A stretch of DNA of 64,000 nt from Endomicrobiales bacterium. Lineage in GTDB: Bacteria > Elusimicrobiota > Endomicrobiia > Endomicrobiales > CAWCFT01. Each line of letters begins with the position of its first letter. The first letter of the stretch is position 1. Below, piece by piece: positions 40,498-50,066 of this stretch. A program made the position numbers and the translations under genes. The notes under the pieces are model-generated. The model was not told the origin of the DNA, made no database searches, and saw only the letters and a program-made list of their open reading frames with translations. Where the stretch lies: positions 96,001 to 160,000 of the forward strand of contig CAWCFT010000004.1 of the NCBI GenBank assembly GCA_963794945.1, written 5' to 3'.

Positions 40498-42111
40498 TTA
40501 TTCCGCGAATGCCTTGTAATCTATGGTAGGGAAAATATTGTTCCTGGATTCAAGGTCGGCCAGGTACCCCTCGTCGATTGTGTTGTTCTTTATCTGTTCG
40601 TAAAGCTTCGTGAAATTAATTATGTGCTCGCGGGTTCTCTTCTCCGCGTAGGAGACCATCGTACCGGTCGTCATGATGAAGGCCCAGTCCGAAGACTGCG
40701 CGAGAAGCACTTCACGCGCCGCCTGGTTAAGCGCCCGGTGCTTCAGCCCTTTCGCGGAATGATGTGTATTCGCAAGCTCAATCATCCTCTCGGCGGCTTT
40801 ATGCAAGTGGCGGTATATCCAATCGTTAGTGCCGTTGAGCCAGACCTCGTAGTAACCCTTGTCGCCCCAGCTGGAAGCGGCAGGCGTTATCACCTGGTTC
40901 TTGGGGTACTCCTTCAAATACTCCGAAGGTGTAATGGTCGTGAAAGTCTTCTGGTCGTAATAAATCTTTCTGAAAAGGTAATCTAGGAAATTCGGGCCCT
41001 CGTACCACCAGTGGCCGAAGAGCTCGGCGTCGTACATCGAAACGACGAGCGGCTCACGGCCGAGCATCCCAGAGAGGTAGTTGATCTGATTCTCGCGGTT
41101 AAACATAAAATTGCCAGCGTGCGACGCGGCCTTGTTCCTTGCCCACTCCGGGTTGTACGGCTGCTTTTCGCTGAGGGGCACCTTGCCCGTTATCCTGTGG
41201 TATTTGAGGCCTATGTTCCTTCTTACTCCGTCAGAATGCAGGTAGGGCCGGACGTAGTCAAAATCGAGGTCATAGCCCAAGTCCCTGTAAAACTCCCTGT
41301 AATCGGGGTCACCCGGGTAGCCGGTCTCGGCGCTCCACACCTGGTGAGCCGTTTCCATGTCGCGCCCAAAAGCCGCAACACCGGTCGGGCAATAGACCGG
41401 AGCGAAAACTCCGAACCTAGGCCTGGGCGTGCCATAAAGTATGCCGTGCGCTTCGAGGAAGAAAAATCTTATGCCTTCTTTTTTGAGTTCTTCGTCAATT
41501 CCAGGCTGGTACGCGCACTCGGCAAGCCATATGCCGTTAGGCCTTTTGCCGAAGTGCCTCTCGTAATCCTGCGCCGCTATCTTGACCTGCGCCCTCACAG
41601 CGGCCTTCTGCATTTTCAGCGGAAGGAAACCGTGCGTCGCGCAGCAGGTGACTATCTCCAGGAAGCCCGCGTCCTGCAGGTTCTTGAAACCAGTCAGGAT
41701 ATTGCCGTGATATTTCTCCCAGAGGGTGCGGCATTCCTTAAGCTTGCCTTCATACATTTTCGCGACAGGAAGGAATTCCGGCATGTTCCTTGTGCGCCAA
41801 ACCTCTTTCTCGGCAAGCTCTATGAGCCCGTTAAGTTTTGTGTAATACCTGCTCTGCAGAAGCGAGTCCGCGAGCATACCCGCCAGAGGAGGAGTTATCG
41901 TCATGGAAACCCTGAAGTTCACCCCTTCCTGAACGAATTTCTCAAAGATAGAAAGAAGAGGCAGGTAAGTTTCCGTTATGCCTTCATAAAGCCAGTCTTC
42001 TTCAAGAAAATCGGGATACTCGGGGTGACGTACGTACGGCAAGTGGGCATGCAGGAGCAGGCACCAGTAACCTTTGGGTTTCATAGTTGGGATTCTCCAG
42101 GAATCGGACAA
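40498..42111 (-). CDS. GH57 1,4-alpha-glucan branching-enzyme-like protein (DUF1957)
   Basis: LHAHLPYVRHP, ETYLPL, WLAECAY, YDAELFGHWWYEG, AQSSDW. Confidence 0.92.
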   Translation of the reverse strand: MSDSWRIPTMKPKGYWCLLLHAHLPYVRHPEYPDFLEEDWLYEGITETYLPLLSIFEKFVQEGVNFRVSMTITPPLAGMLADSLLQSRYYTKLNGLIELAEKEVWRTRNMPEFLPVAKMYEGKLKECRTLWEKYHGNILTGFKNLQDAGFLEIVTCCATHGFLPLKMQKAAVRAQVKIAAQDYERHFGKRPNGIWLAECAYQPGIDEELKKEGIRFFFLEAHGILYGTPRPRFGVFAPVYCPTGVAAFGRDMETAHQVWSAETGYPGDPDYREFYRDLGYDLDFDYVRPYLHSDGVRRNIGLKYHRITGKVPLSEKQPYNPEWARNKAASHAGNFMFNRENQINYLSGMLGREPLVVSMYDAELFGHWWYEGPNFLDYLFRKIYYDQKTFTTITPSEYLKEYPKNQVITPAASSWGDKGYYEVWLNGTNDWIYRHLHKAAERMIELANTHHSAKGLKHRALNQAAREVLLAQSSDWAFIMTTGTMVSYAEKRTREHIINFTKLYEQIKNNTIDEGYLADLESRNNIFPTIDYKAFAE

Positions 42112-42174
42112 ATAACAGGAACAGGCCGTGATATGTCCAATAGTTTATTTTTTACCAGGCGTTGAAACTTGTTA

Positions 42175-43050
42175 TTAAAAACCTTCTGCGGAGCTGTCTC
42201 TTTTTACCGTGAAAGTTATCTTTCTCTTCATCGTGCCGTCAGCAGATACCGCTTCGATGGGGTATTCCTGCTATCCGTCCGGCAGATAGAAGCGGAGCGA
42301 GAAAGAACCGTCGGGGCGAAGGGTAACGTTCTGCCCCTGCACAGTGAGTTTAGCGTCCGGCTCTGTGGAACCGTAAACAATAAGTTCGGTGTCGGCCTTT
42401 AGCCAGAAGCCTTTCTGTTTTACTTCTCCGGGCGCTCCTTTCCAGGAGCTTGCGGCAACATGGGACGAGGGAAGCGATATGGAAACTATTTCTTCCCACT
42501 TTTCTCTCATGAGTTTTGCTATGTCGAAAGAGCTTCTCCCTATCTGTTCGACCCCTGAAAGCTTGAGGAGCCGTTCAAATTCCTGCTGGAGCATTGCCCA
42601 ATGTTCGTCAGTTATTGGCGACACGCCCTGCCTGGGCATCGCGAGTATGTTTGAACGGGCGACCACGATGAACTCGCCGTCCGGAGTTATCATCCCGATG
42701 TCCACGCACCATGCGCGGTTTACTTCTCCCACGTTGACGTACCAATTGTCCGCGCCAAAGCCGATCACTATGTCAAAATACCTGTTGGCGTTCGATCCGT
42801 TGAACTTTATCCCAGTGACATCGTAAACCCTGAGGGCCCAGCGCGACGAGTTGAACTTGCCCTCGCCCACTTTTTCTTTGAGCTTAGAGTAGGTATCAGC
42901 GGCGACCTCCCAATAAGCGTAGAACCACAGCGGGTCTCTCGGAAGAATGACTATCTTCGTGTCCCCGTACGACTTCGGCAGGCCCATAGACGCATCGAAC
43001 GAATCCCTGACCTGAGCACCGCCTTTGATTGTTGAACTTGTGTTGTCCAT
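42175..43050 (-). CDS. DUF4912 domain protein (frame break near 42272)
   Basis: LPKSYG...LPRDP.W.YAYWE, LRVYDVT, RSN...P, FWL.ADTELIVYG.TEP. Confidence 0.88.
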
Positions 43051-43227
43051 AACACATCCCTCCTGTAGTAGCTTATTCCGCTTTTAGCGGGCCGGTCCCC
43101 GGCCTGCCTTCAGGCAGGCTTCCGGCGGAATATACTTTATTACTGCAGCTGTATAATGCAAAAGACGCCCCAGGGCGGTAATACTCAAGCGCTCCGACGC
43201 CCGTTAGCAATCCTTTTTCACGATTAG

Positions 43228-43256
43228 ATTCTAACTTTTTAAGTTGGAATTGTCAA
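43228..43256 (-). promoter_or_regulatory. Sigma70 promoter for the DUF4912-GH57 run
   Basis: Minus strand TTGACA-17 nt-TAGAAT. Confidence 0.75.
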
Positions 43257-43367
43257 CCAATTTATTTTGAAAAATATATTAGTTTGCGGCCTGAACAAAT
43301 ATGACTATGAAGGCTTCAGCCATGCCCGCGAGAAGACTTTTCGTAGAAGCATTGCCGTATGGCTAAA

Positions 43368-43396
43368 TTGACACTTCACCCCCATTTTGCTAGACT
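43368..43396 (+). promoter_or_regulatory. Sigma70 promoter for the TPR-aroE operon
   Basis: TTGACA-17 nt-TAGACT with TG extension. Confidence 0.75.
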
Positions 43397-43404
43397 AGCT
43401 TCAA

Positions 43405-43920
43405 ATGATACTTGTAAAGATAATATTGGGGGCACTGTTCTTGGCGCTGGGCTGGGTGTACTTCTTTAAACCAAACCTGGTGTTCACAATAAACAAAGTA
43501 GCGAGAGATACTCTTTTCAATGACAGGATCATCCTGCTGGAACGCAAAAAACTCGCTATTTTATTTTTCTGCATGTCTTTTGTGGCATTATATATGGGTT
43601 TCTCGGCACTCACGAATATGCTGGGCAGCCAGGGCAAGAAAAGCTGGCTTATGGAAACTTCATCATATATGATGTACATGGCTATGCAGGATTACTGTAC
43701 GGAAAAATATGATAACGCCATTCAAAAATACAACCAGGTATTGAAAGCCGATCCAAACAACGTTGCCGCCTTGAAACATCTGTCATATACGTACGAAGCT
43801 ATAGGCGATTCGGCTAAAGCGCGCGTTATATGGCAAAAAATACTTGCGTTGGAACCCAACAATAGTGAGATAAAAGAAAAACTGAAGATCAAAAAACATG
43901 ACAATAAACGGAACAACTAA
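43405..43920 (+). CDS. Membrane protein with C-terminal TPR
   Basis: Two TM segments then KYDNAIQKYNQVLKADPNN..WQKILALEPNN. Confidence 0.8.
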   Translation: MILVKIILGALFLALGWVYFFKPNLVFTINKVARDTLFNDRIILLERKKLAILFFCMSFVALYMGFSALTNMLGSQGKKSWLMETSSYMMYMAMQDYCTEKYDNAIQKYNQVLKADPNNVAALKHLSYTYEAIGDSAKARVIWQKILALEPNNSEIKEKLKIKKHDNKRNN

Positions 43921-44728
43921 GATCACCGGAATTTTTGGTTTCCCGGTCAAGCACTCGCTTTCACCAGCGATGCATAACGCCGCTTACGCGCGTATGGGGC
44001 TTGATTACGCCTATGTGCCTTTCGAAGTGGCCCCAAAAGAACTCAAAAACGCAGTGTACTCGTTAAGAGCCCTTGGGATAGCCGGCGTCAACGTTACCAT
44101 CCCGCACAAAGAAAACGTCATGCCATTTCTTGATTCTTTCGGCCCCCTTGTCAAACAGATCGGAAGCGTGAACACTATTATAAATTCAAATGGAAAACTG
44201 ATAGGTTATAACACCGACGCCCCTGGTTTTTTAAAAGATCTGCGTGAAAAGGGTTTTAACCCGTCCGGCAAGAATGTGCTCCTGTTCGGAGCCGGCGGAG
44301 CCGGTAAAGCCGTTGCCGCGGCACTGTCAAATGCAGGCGCGAAAAGCATATATATCACTGACAGCGCCGAACAAAAAGCCCGCGGCCTTTCAAAAAAGAC
44401 ACCCCGGGCTGTTTTTCTGCCTTTTAGCGGATGGCAGGAGAAGATATGCGACACCGCGCTCCTTGTAAACGCAACTCCGCTGGGAATGCACCCCGGCAAG
44501 CCGCCGGTTACGGCAAACAGCCTCAAGAAAGGCATATTCGTATACGACCTTGTCTATAACCGTGCCACAGAACTTAGCCGGGAATGCCGGAAAGCCCGCG
44601 TTAAATACTCGAACGGGCTGGGTATGCTCCTATACCAGGGCGTCATCGCCTTCGAACACTTCACTGGCAGAAAAGCGCCCGTTGAAGATATGAGGAAAGC
44701 CCTCACAAAACAAATTAAGAAAATTTAG
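43898..44728 (+). CDS. aroE: Shikimate dehydrogenase
   Basis: HSLSP.MHN, NVTIPHK, VNT, NTD..G, GAGGA, DLVY, MLLYQG. Confidence 0.96.
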   Translation: MTINGTTKITGIFGFPVKHSLSPAMHNAAYARMGLDYAYVPFEVAPKELKNAVYSLRALGIAGVNVTIPHKENVMPFLDSFGPLVKQIGSVNTIINSNGKLIGYNTDAPGFLKDLREKGFNPSGKNVLLFGAGGAGKAVAAALSNAGAKSIYITDSAEQKARGLSKKTPRAVFLPFSGWQEKICDTALLVNATPLGMHPGKPPVTANSLKKGIFVYDLVYNRATELSRECRKARVKYSNGLGMLLYQGVIAFEHFTGRKAPVEDMRKALTKQIKKI

Positions 44729-44794
44729 AAGATTGAAAATTTTAAAATAAAAACCTTAAATCTTAAAATCTTCAAAATCTTAAATCTTCAATTG
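44714..44794. repeat. Periodic palindromic element, AAGATTT/AAATCTT class; contains the aroE stop
   Basis: AAATTTAG AAGATTGA AAATTTTA ... AAATCTTA AAATCTTC AAAATCTT AAATCTTC. Confidence 0.75.
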
Positions 44795-44813
44795 AATTAA
44801 AAGGCGGTAAAAA

Positions 44814-45836
44814 ATGATCATTTGGCTCGTCAGGATCTTAGTGCTTATCGCAAGTCCGTTAATAAGCTATTTTCAGATAGCAAAGACAACCAACGGTATA
44901 CTTATCGGTTTCGCTTTCGCTCTTGTAATAATCATGGCGGAGATAATAATCCAGAAGATACCGCTGGACACTCTAATAGCGGGAATACTCGGCATAATTT
45001 TCGGGCTTATCGGCGCCAAGCTGCTTGACTACTCGGTCTACCTGATGGACAATGTAAGAGTTTATGAAATAATGAAGGATTATTCACTGCTTATAAAAGT
45101 GATATTTTCATACCTGGGCCTTGTGATCGCCGTAAAGAAAAAGTCCGAACTTGACCTTCTTGACAAAGACATACTTAAGATAGGCGGCCACCGCAAGAAA
45201 GGCACGGAACTTATTCTTCTTGACACCAGCGCTGTCATAGACGGACGCATAGCCGATATAGCCGAAACAAAGTTCATATCCGGAACGCTCGTTGTGCCGC
45301 GGTTCGTGCTCCATGAACTGCAGACACTCGCCGATTCCGCCGACACGCACAAGCGCAACCGCGCCAGGCGCGGGCTGGATATCATAGCCAAGCTCCAGAA
45401 AGACGAGACGCTTACCGTAAAGATATTCGACAAGGACTATCCCGATCTGCAGAACGTAGACGCCAAACTACTCGCGCTCTCAAAAGAGCTTGAAGCGAAG
45501 ATAGTAACAACTGATTTCAACCTCAACAAGGTCGCCGTGCTCCAGGGAGCGACCGTTCTTAACATAAACGATCTTTCAAACGCACTTAAACCCGTTTACC
45601 TGCCTGGCGAAGCCATGCCGATCTTCGTGGTCAAGGACGGAAAAGAACACAACCAGGGTATAGGCTACCTTGATGACGGGACGATGGTAGTAGTGGAAGA
45701 GGGCCGCAAACACGTTGGAAAGAGGATAGAGGTCATAGTTTCCTCAATCCTTCAGACCTCTTCCGGGCGCATGGTTTTCACACGCCCTTCGGCCCAGCAG
45801 AACGGAAACCCCAACCCTGAAAGCCACGGGAACTAG
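44814..45836 (+). CDS. PIN/TRAM domain membrane protein (YacL-like)
   Basis: LDTSAVIDGRI, DFNLNK, GKEHNQGIGYLDDGTMVVVE. Confidence 0.93.
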   Translation: MIIWLVRILVLIASPLISYFQIAKTTNGILIGFAFALVIIMAEIIIQKIPLDTLIAGILGIIFGLIGAKLLDYSVYLMDNVRVYEIMKDYSLLIKVIFSYLGLVIAVKKKSELDLLDKDILKIGGHRKKGTELILLDTSAVIDGRIADIAETKFISGTLVVPRFVLHELQTLADSADTHKRNRARRGLDIIAKLQKDETLTVKIFDKDYPDLQNVDAKLLALSKELEAKIVTTDFNLNKVAVLQGATVLNINDLSNALKPVYLPGEAMPIFVVKDGKEHNQGIGYLDDGTMVVVEEGRKHVGKRIEVIVSSILQTSSGRMVFTRPSAQQNGNPNPESHGN

Positions 45837-45843
45837 AATTTAA

Positions 45844-46509
45844 ATGTACAAGAACGCTGTCATTATAGTTGCCGGTGGCGCCGGAAAAAGGTTCGGTTCG
45901 AAAACGCCGAAACAGTTCCTGAACCTTTTGAATAAACCGGTATTTATGTGGAGCCTGCAAGCGTTTAAAAGAACAGGCCTGTTCTCACAAATAATATTGG
46001 TGGTTCCAGAAAACAGGCTGAAAAGGCTTGAGGCAGTTGCGAAAAAGTTTTCGTTCGAACTGGCATCCAGCGGGAAAGAGCGCACGGACTCGGTCAAGGC
46101 CGGGCTCCTAAAGTTAAACAAAGATATAACGTGTGTAGCTATTCACGACGCTGCGAGGCCGCTTATAAAACCGGATGTTATTAAACGGGCCATCGACAGC
46201 GCACGGGAACACGGTTCCGGCATAGTATCGGTTCCCGCAAGGGACACCATAAAATTAACATCGGGAAAAAAAATAATTAAAACAATTCCCAGGGACAGCG
46301 TCTCGTTCGCGCAAACGCCGCAGGCTTTCAAAAGAAGCCTTATCGATAAAGCCTACTCGAAGCTTGGCCGTGCCAGCGTGACCGACGACGCACAGGCAGT
46401 TGAACGGCTGGGCCTTAAGGTCTATACTGTCATGGGCGATTACAATAATATAAAGCTAACTGACAAGGACGACTTCAAGGTAGCACAAACTGTTTTGAAG
46501 AAGGGATAA
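45844..46509 (+). CDS. ispD: MEP cytidylyltransferase
   Basis: AGGAGKR..KQF, HDAARP, AQTPQ, TDDA, NIKLT. Confidence 0.95.
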   Translation: MYKNAVIIVAGGAGKRFGSKTPKQFLNLLNKPVFMWSLQAFKRTGLFSQIILVVPENRLKRLEAVAKKFSFELASSGKERTDSVKAGLLKLNKDITCVAIHDAARPLIKPDVIKRAIDSAREHGSGIVSVPARDTIKLTSGKKIIKTIPRDSVSFAQTPQAFKRSLIDKAYSKLGRASVTDDAQAVERLGLKVYTVMGDYNNIKLTDKDDFKVAQTVLKKG

Positions 46510-47001
46510 TGCTGACAGGACTCGGTTACGACGTCCACAGATTGAAAAAAGGGCGCCCGCTCATTATTGGCGGAGTGAAAATACATCACACTAAAGGGCT
46601 GGAAGGCCACAGCGACGCTGATGTTCTTGTACACGCGGTCATGGACGCTCTGCTGGGGGCGGCGGGGCTTGACGACATCGGCCATCTTTTCCCTAACACC
46701 GACCCCAAATACAAGGGCGCCGACAGCATTACGCTGCTAAAATCCGTGGTAAAAAAGCTTTCAGTTAAAAAACTTTTTGTTAACAATATCGACACAACAC
46801 TGATCTGTGAGGCTCCGAAGATATCGCCGCACATAAAAAAGATGAAGGCCGTTCTTTCAGCGGCGCTTAAACTCCCGGCGAGACGGATAGGAATAAAGGC
46901 GACGACAAACGAAGGGCTGGGATTTATCGGGCGCGGCGAAGGACATAGCGGCTTTTTCAGTGTGCACACTGAAAAAGCAAGCTCAAAGCACGAAACTTTA
47001 A
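46509..47001 (+). CDS. ispF: MEcPP synthase (frame break near 46943)
   Basis: [35 protein letters not shown]; corrected frame IAAFSVCTL ends 47001. Confidence 0.94.
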
Positions 47002-47103
47002 ATCCGAAACAAAAAGCAATTTTAAGACAACAATAAATATTTTTGCATTAGGATTTTGGATTTGTAGTTTGTTTAGGATTTCGAACTTAGAATTTAGGAT
47101 TTG
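46977..47103. repeat. Periodic palindromic element, CGAAAyy/ATTTAGG class
   Basis: CAAAGCA CGAAACT TTAAATC CGAAACA ... TGTTTAGG ATTTCGA ACTTAGA ATTTAGG ATTTG. Confidence 0.8.
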
Positions 47104-47109
47104 ACATTT

Positions 47110-48518
47110 ATGACTATACAAATTTCTAACACCCTTACCGCAAAAAAAGAGCCCTTCATCCCGTTAAAAGAAGGTATCGTAACAATGTACGTCTGCGGCG
47201 TTACGCCGTACGATGAGGTGCACCTGGGCCACGCCCGGGCGTACGTGACTTTTGATATCATCAAAAGGCACCTGGAACACTCCGGATACGGCGTAAAATT
47301 CATACAGAATTTCACCGATGTGGACGACAAGATAATCAAGCGGGCCGCCGAAAAAGGCACAACGCCTGCCGCGCTTGCAGAAACCTTCATTAAAGACTAT
47401 TTCAGTCAGATGGACAAGTTGAATGTCAAGCGCGCGGACGATTATCCAAGGGTCACTAAGTCCATACCTCAGATAATCTCGTTCATTGAGACACTTGTCA
47501 AGAACGGCTCAGCCTATGCGGTCAAAAACGGCGACGTATATTTTTCGGTCCAGAAGTTCCCGGGCTACGGCAAGCTGTCGAAAAGGAAACCGGAAGACCT
47601 TAAGGCCGGCATACGCGTCGAGATAGGTGAAGAAAAGAAAGACCCGCTCGATTTCGCGTTATGGAAAGCCACCAAAGAAGATGAGCCGGCAGAAGTCAGC
47701 TGGCAGAGCCCCTGGGGCAAAGGCAGGCCGGGCTGGCATATAGAATGTTCGGTCATGGCAACAAACGCCTTGGGGCGCCTATCGACATCCACGGCGGCGG
47801 ACAGGACCTGATTTTCCCCCACCATGAGAACGAGATAGCCCAAGTTGAGGCCGCCACCGGCAAACCTTTCGCAAAATACTGGATACACAACGGTTTTGTC
47901 ACTATAAACAAAGAGAAAATGTCGAAATCTCTGGGTAATTTCTTTGCCTCCGCGAGATCTTCGAAAAATATTCACCAAGAGTGGTGCGTTACTTCCTTTT
48001 ATCGCGCCATTACAAAAGCGCCCTCGATTTTTCGGATGAAGGGCTCAAGCCCGCAAAGAACGCGCTCGAAGGCATAGACGAAGTTTTACATAAGCTTTCG
48101 CTTGTTCCTTACACGCCGCAAATGCCCGGCCACCTGCGCAGCCTCGACCCTGAAATGGACGAGGCCGTAATTGCCGAGTTCAACGAGGCCATGAATGACG
48201 ATTTCAACACCGAGAAGGCGCTCGCCGTGATCCACAACCTTAAAAGGGAAGCGGCCACGGCAATCTCGCAGAAAAGCCCTGGAACCCTGTATAAATATTT
48301 CAACACGTTAAAGACACTCCTTTCTGATAGCCTTGGCATCCCAGCTGCCCTTCAGGCCGAGATACCCGCTGAAGCCCTTGAACTAAAAACCCAGCGTGAA
48401 GCCGCAAGGCGCAACAAAGACTGGAAAAAGTTCTGACGAATTAAGGGCAAAACTCAGCGCCCTTAAGTATAAAATAGAAGACAACCCAGACGGAACATCA
48501 ACTTTATTACCGCTTTAA
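47110..48518 (+). CDS. cysS: Cysteine-tRNA ligase (frame breaks near 47775, 47950, 48432)
   Basis: [49 protein letters not shown]. Confidence 0.95.
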
Positions 48519-48528
48519 ACAGCATTAT

Positions 48529-48590
48529 AGATTAGAAAATTTAAGATTCAAGATTTAAAGATGTCAATTTTCAATTTTTAATCTTCAATT
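48529..48590. repeat. Periodic palindromic element, AAGATTT class
   Basis: AGATTAGAAAATTT AAGATTC AAGATTT AAAGAT ... CAATTTT CAATTTTT AATCTT CAATT. Confidence 0.7.
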
Positions 48591-48599
48591 GGAGTTACT

Positions 48600-49340
48600 A
48601 TGAGTGAAATGATCACAGGCAGGAACCCGGTAAGAGAGTTATTGAAAGCCGGCACAAAGACCGTTAATAAAATACTTCTTTCGAGGCAGGCCAGGGGCGA
48701 GGCGATAACCGAGATAATAGCTCTCGCTAAAGAAACGGGCATCCCCATGCACCACGTGCCGCCCGAGAAGTTCGACAAGGTTTGCCCCGAGAACAGCCAG
48801 GGCGTCGCCGCGGAAGTCTGCGATTTTGAGTACCTCGAGTTCGCGGAACTGTGGGACAAGGTCAAAGACAAGCCTAACCCCGTGCTGGTAGTTCTAGACG
48901 GCATAGAGGACCCGCACAACCTTGGCGCCATAATCCGCAACGCGGTAGTGTTCGGCGCGGACGGCATCATCATAGCCAAGTGGCGTTCGGCCGCGGTCAA
49001 CGATACCGTGGCGAGAACGTCGGCCGGAGCCATCGAGCACATACCGGTCGCAAGAGTAACCAACATACCTCAAACAATAAGCGACTTAAAAGGCCTGAAC
49101 GTCTGGGTTGTAGGCGCCGAAGGCGAGGGCGGCAAGTCGGTAAGAGAAGAGAAGTTCGCGTTCCCGATGGCTATAGTGATTGGAAGCGAGGGCGAAGGGC
49201 TTCATGAGCTTGTTAAAAAAAGATGCGACTACCTTGTCTCAATTCCGCAGACCAATAAAATTTCTTCAATGAATGCTTCCTGCGCGGCAGCGGTCATACT
49301 CTACGAAATATTCCTTCAGAAAAGTGCCAGGACAAAATAA
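48600..49340 (+). CDS. rlmB: 23S rRNA Gm2251 methyltransferase
   Basis: GRNPV.E, SQGV, LDGIEDPHNLGAIIR, GSEGEGL, SMNAS.A. Confidence 0.93.
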   Translation: MSEMITGRNPVRELLKAGTKTVNKILLSRQARGEAITEIIALAKETGIPMHHVPPEKFDKVCPENSQGVAAEVCDFEYLEFAELWDKVKDKPNPVLVVLDGIEDPHNLGAIIRNAVVFGADGIIIAKWRSAAVNDTVARTSAGAIEHIPVARVTNIPQTISDLKGLNVWVVGAEGEGGKSVREEKFAFPMAIVIGSEGEGLHELVKKRCDYLVSIPQTNKISSMNASCAAAVILYEIFLQKSARTK

Positions 49341-49349
49341 GCTTTAATA

Positions 49350-49400
49350 TAAATAATAAACCCCCTGAATAATCGAAATATTCAGGGGGTTTATTATTTA
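49350..49400. terminator. Bidirectional intrinsic terminator
   Basis: TAAATAATAAACCCCCTGAATA / TATTCAGGGGGTTTATTATTTA perfect stem between convergent genes. Confidence 0.88.
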
Positions 49401-49422
49401 CTTGAAATCATTTTCCAACAAC

Positions 49423-49671
49423 CTACTGTGCGGCAGAAGTTGCTTCTGGCGTAGCTGCATCTGTCCCTGTCTTTTTGGCTTTCTTGGATTTTTTCTTGGT
49501 GTGTTTGTGATGCTTCTTGGTTTTTTTTACGTCTTTTATCTCTTTTTGATGGCCTGCTTCCGTCCCCTGCGTTGCGGGAACAGTCGTTGCATCTTCGGCA
49601 TACGCCGACAGGACGCCCGCCGTAAGGATCGCGGCGACTAGCAATGCGAACAAATGTTTCACTATTACCAC
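49423..49671 (-). CDS. Small secreted Lys/His-rich protein
   Basis: Signal peptide (AYA-E) then KKTKKHHKHTKKKSKKAKK. Confidence 0.75.
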   Translation of the reverse strand: MVIVKHLFALLVAAILTAGVLSAYAEDATTVPATQGTEAGHQKEIKDVKKTKKHHKHTKKKSKKAKKTGTDAATPEATSAAQ

Positions 49672-49702
49672 CCCCTTTTTTTACACATTATCATTGCGTC
49701 AA

Positions 49703-49850
49703 AATTGAGATTGCTGAAAAACCTAAACAACCTCTGATTACAGCGATTAAAAACTAAGATTACGATGATTTAGAGCTTCTAACCGCCGTAATCGCAGTTA
49801 ATAATCATCGTAATCAAGGCTGTTGAGGACTTTTTCAACAAACTCAAATT
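49703..49850. mobile_element. MITE-like palindromic element with GATTAC core
   Basis: Outer IR GAGATTGCTGAAAAA / TTTTTCAACAAACTC; inner perfect GATTACGATGATT / AATCATCGTAATC. Confidence 0.65.
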
Positions 49851-49860
49851 AGCCATTTTC

Positions 49861-49987
49861 TGTCTTCCCCGAATGTCTCTATCGGGGATCCACTTCCAAA
49901 AGTCATCCATATCATGCCAAAGGCAGATCCGCCTTTGGCGGAAATGTCATTGTTCTGGATTCCCGATTGAAGATTTCGGGAATGACA
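49861..49987. repeat. REP/dRS3-like inverted doublet with nested hairpin
   Basis: TGTCTTCCCCGA..TCGGGGATCCA ... TGGATTCCCGA..TCGGGAATGACA; nested GCCAAAGGC-AGATCC-GCCTTTGGC. Confidence 0.8.
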
Positions 49988-50066
49988 AACGGTTTTTTAA
50001 ATTCAAAACTCTAACTATTGTCTCGGACGAGATATACTGTCCATTTTGGACATGTATGATACCGAA

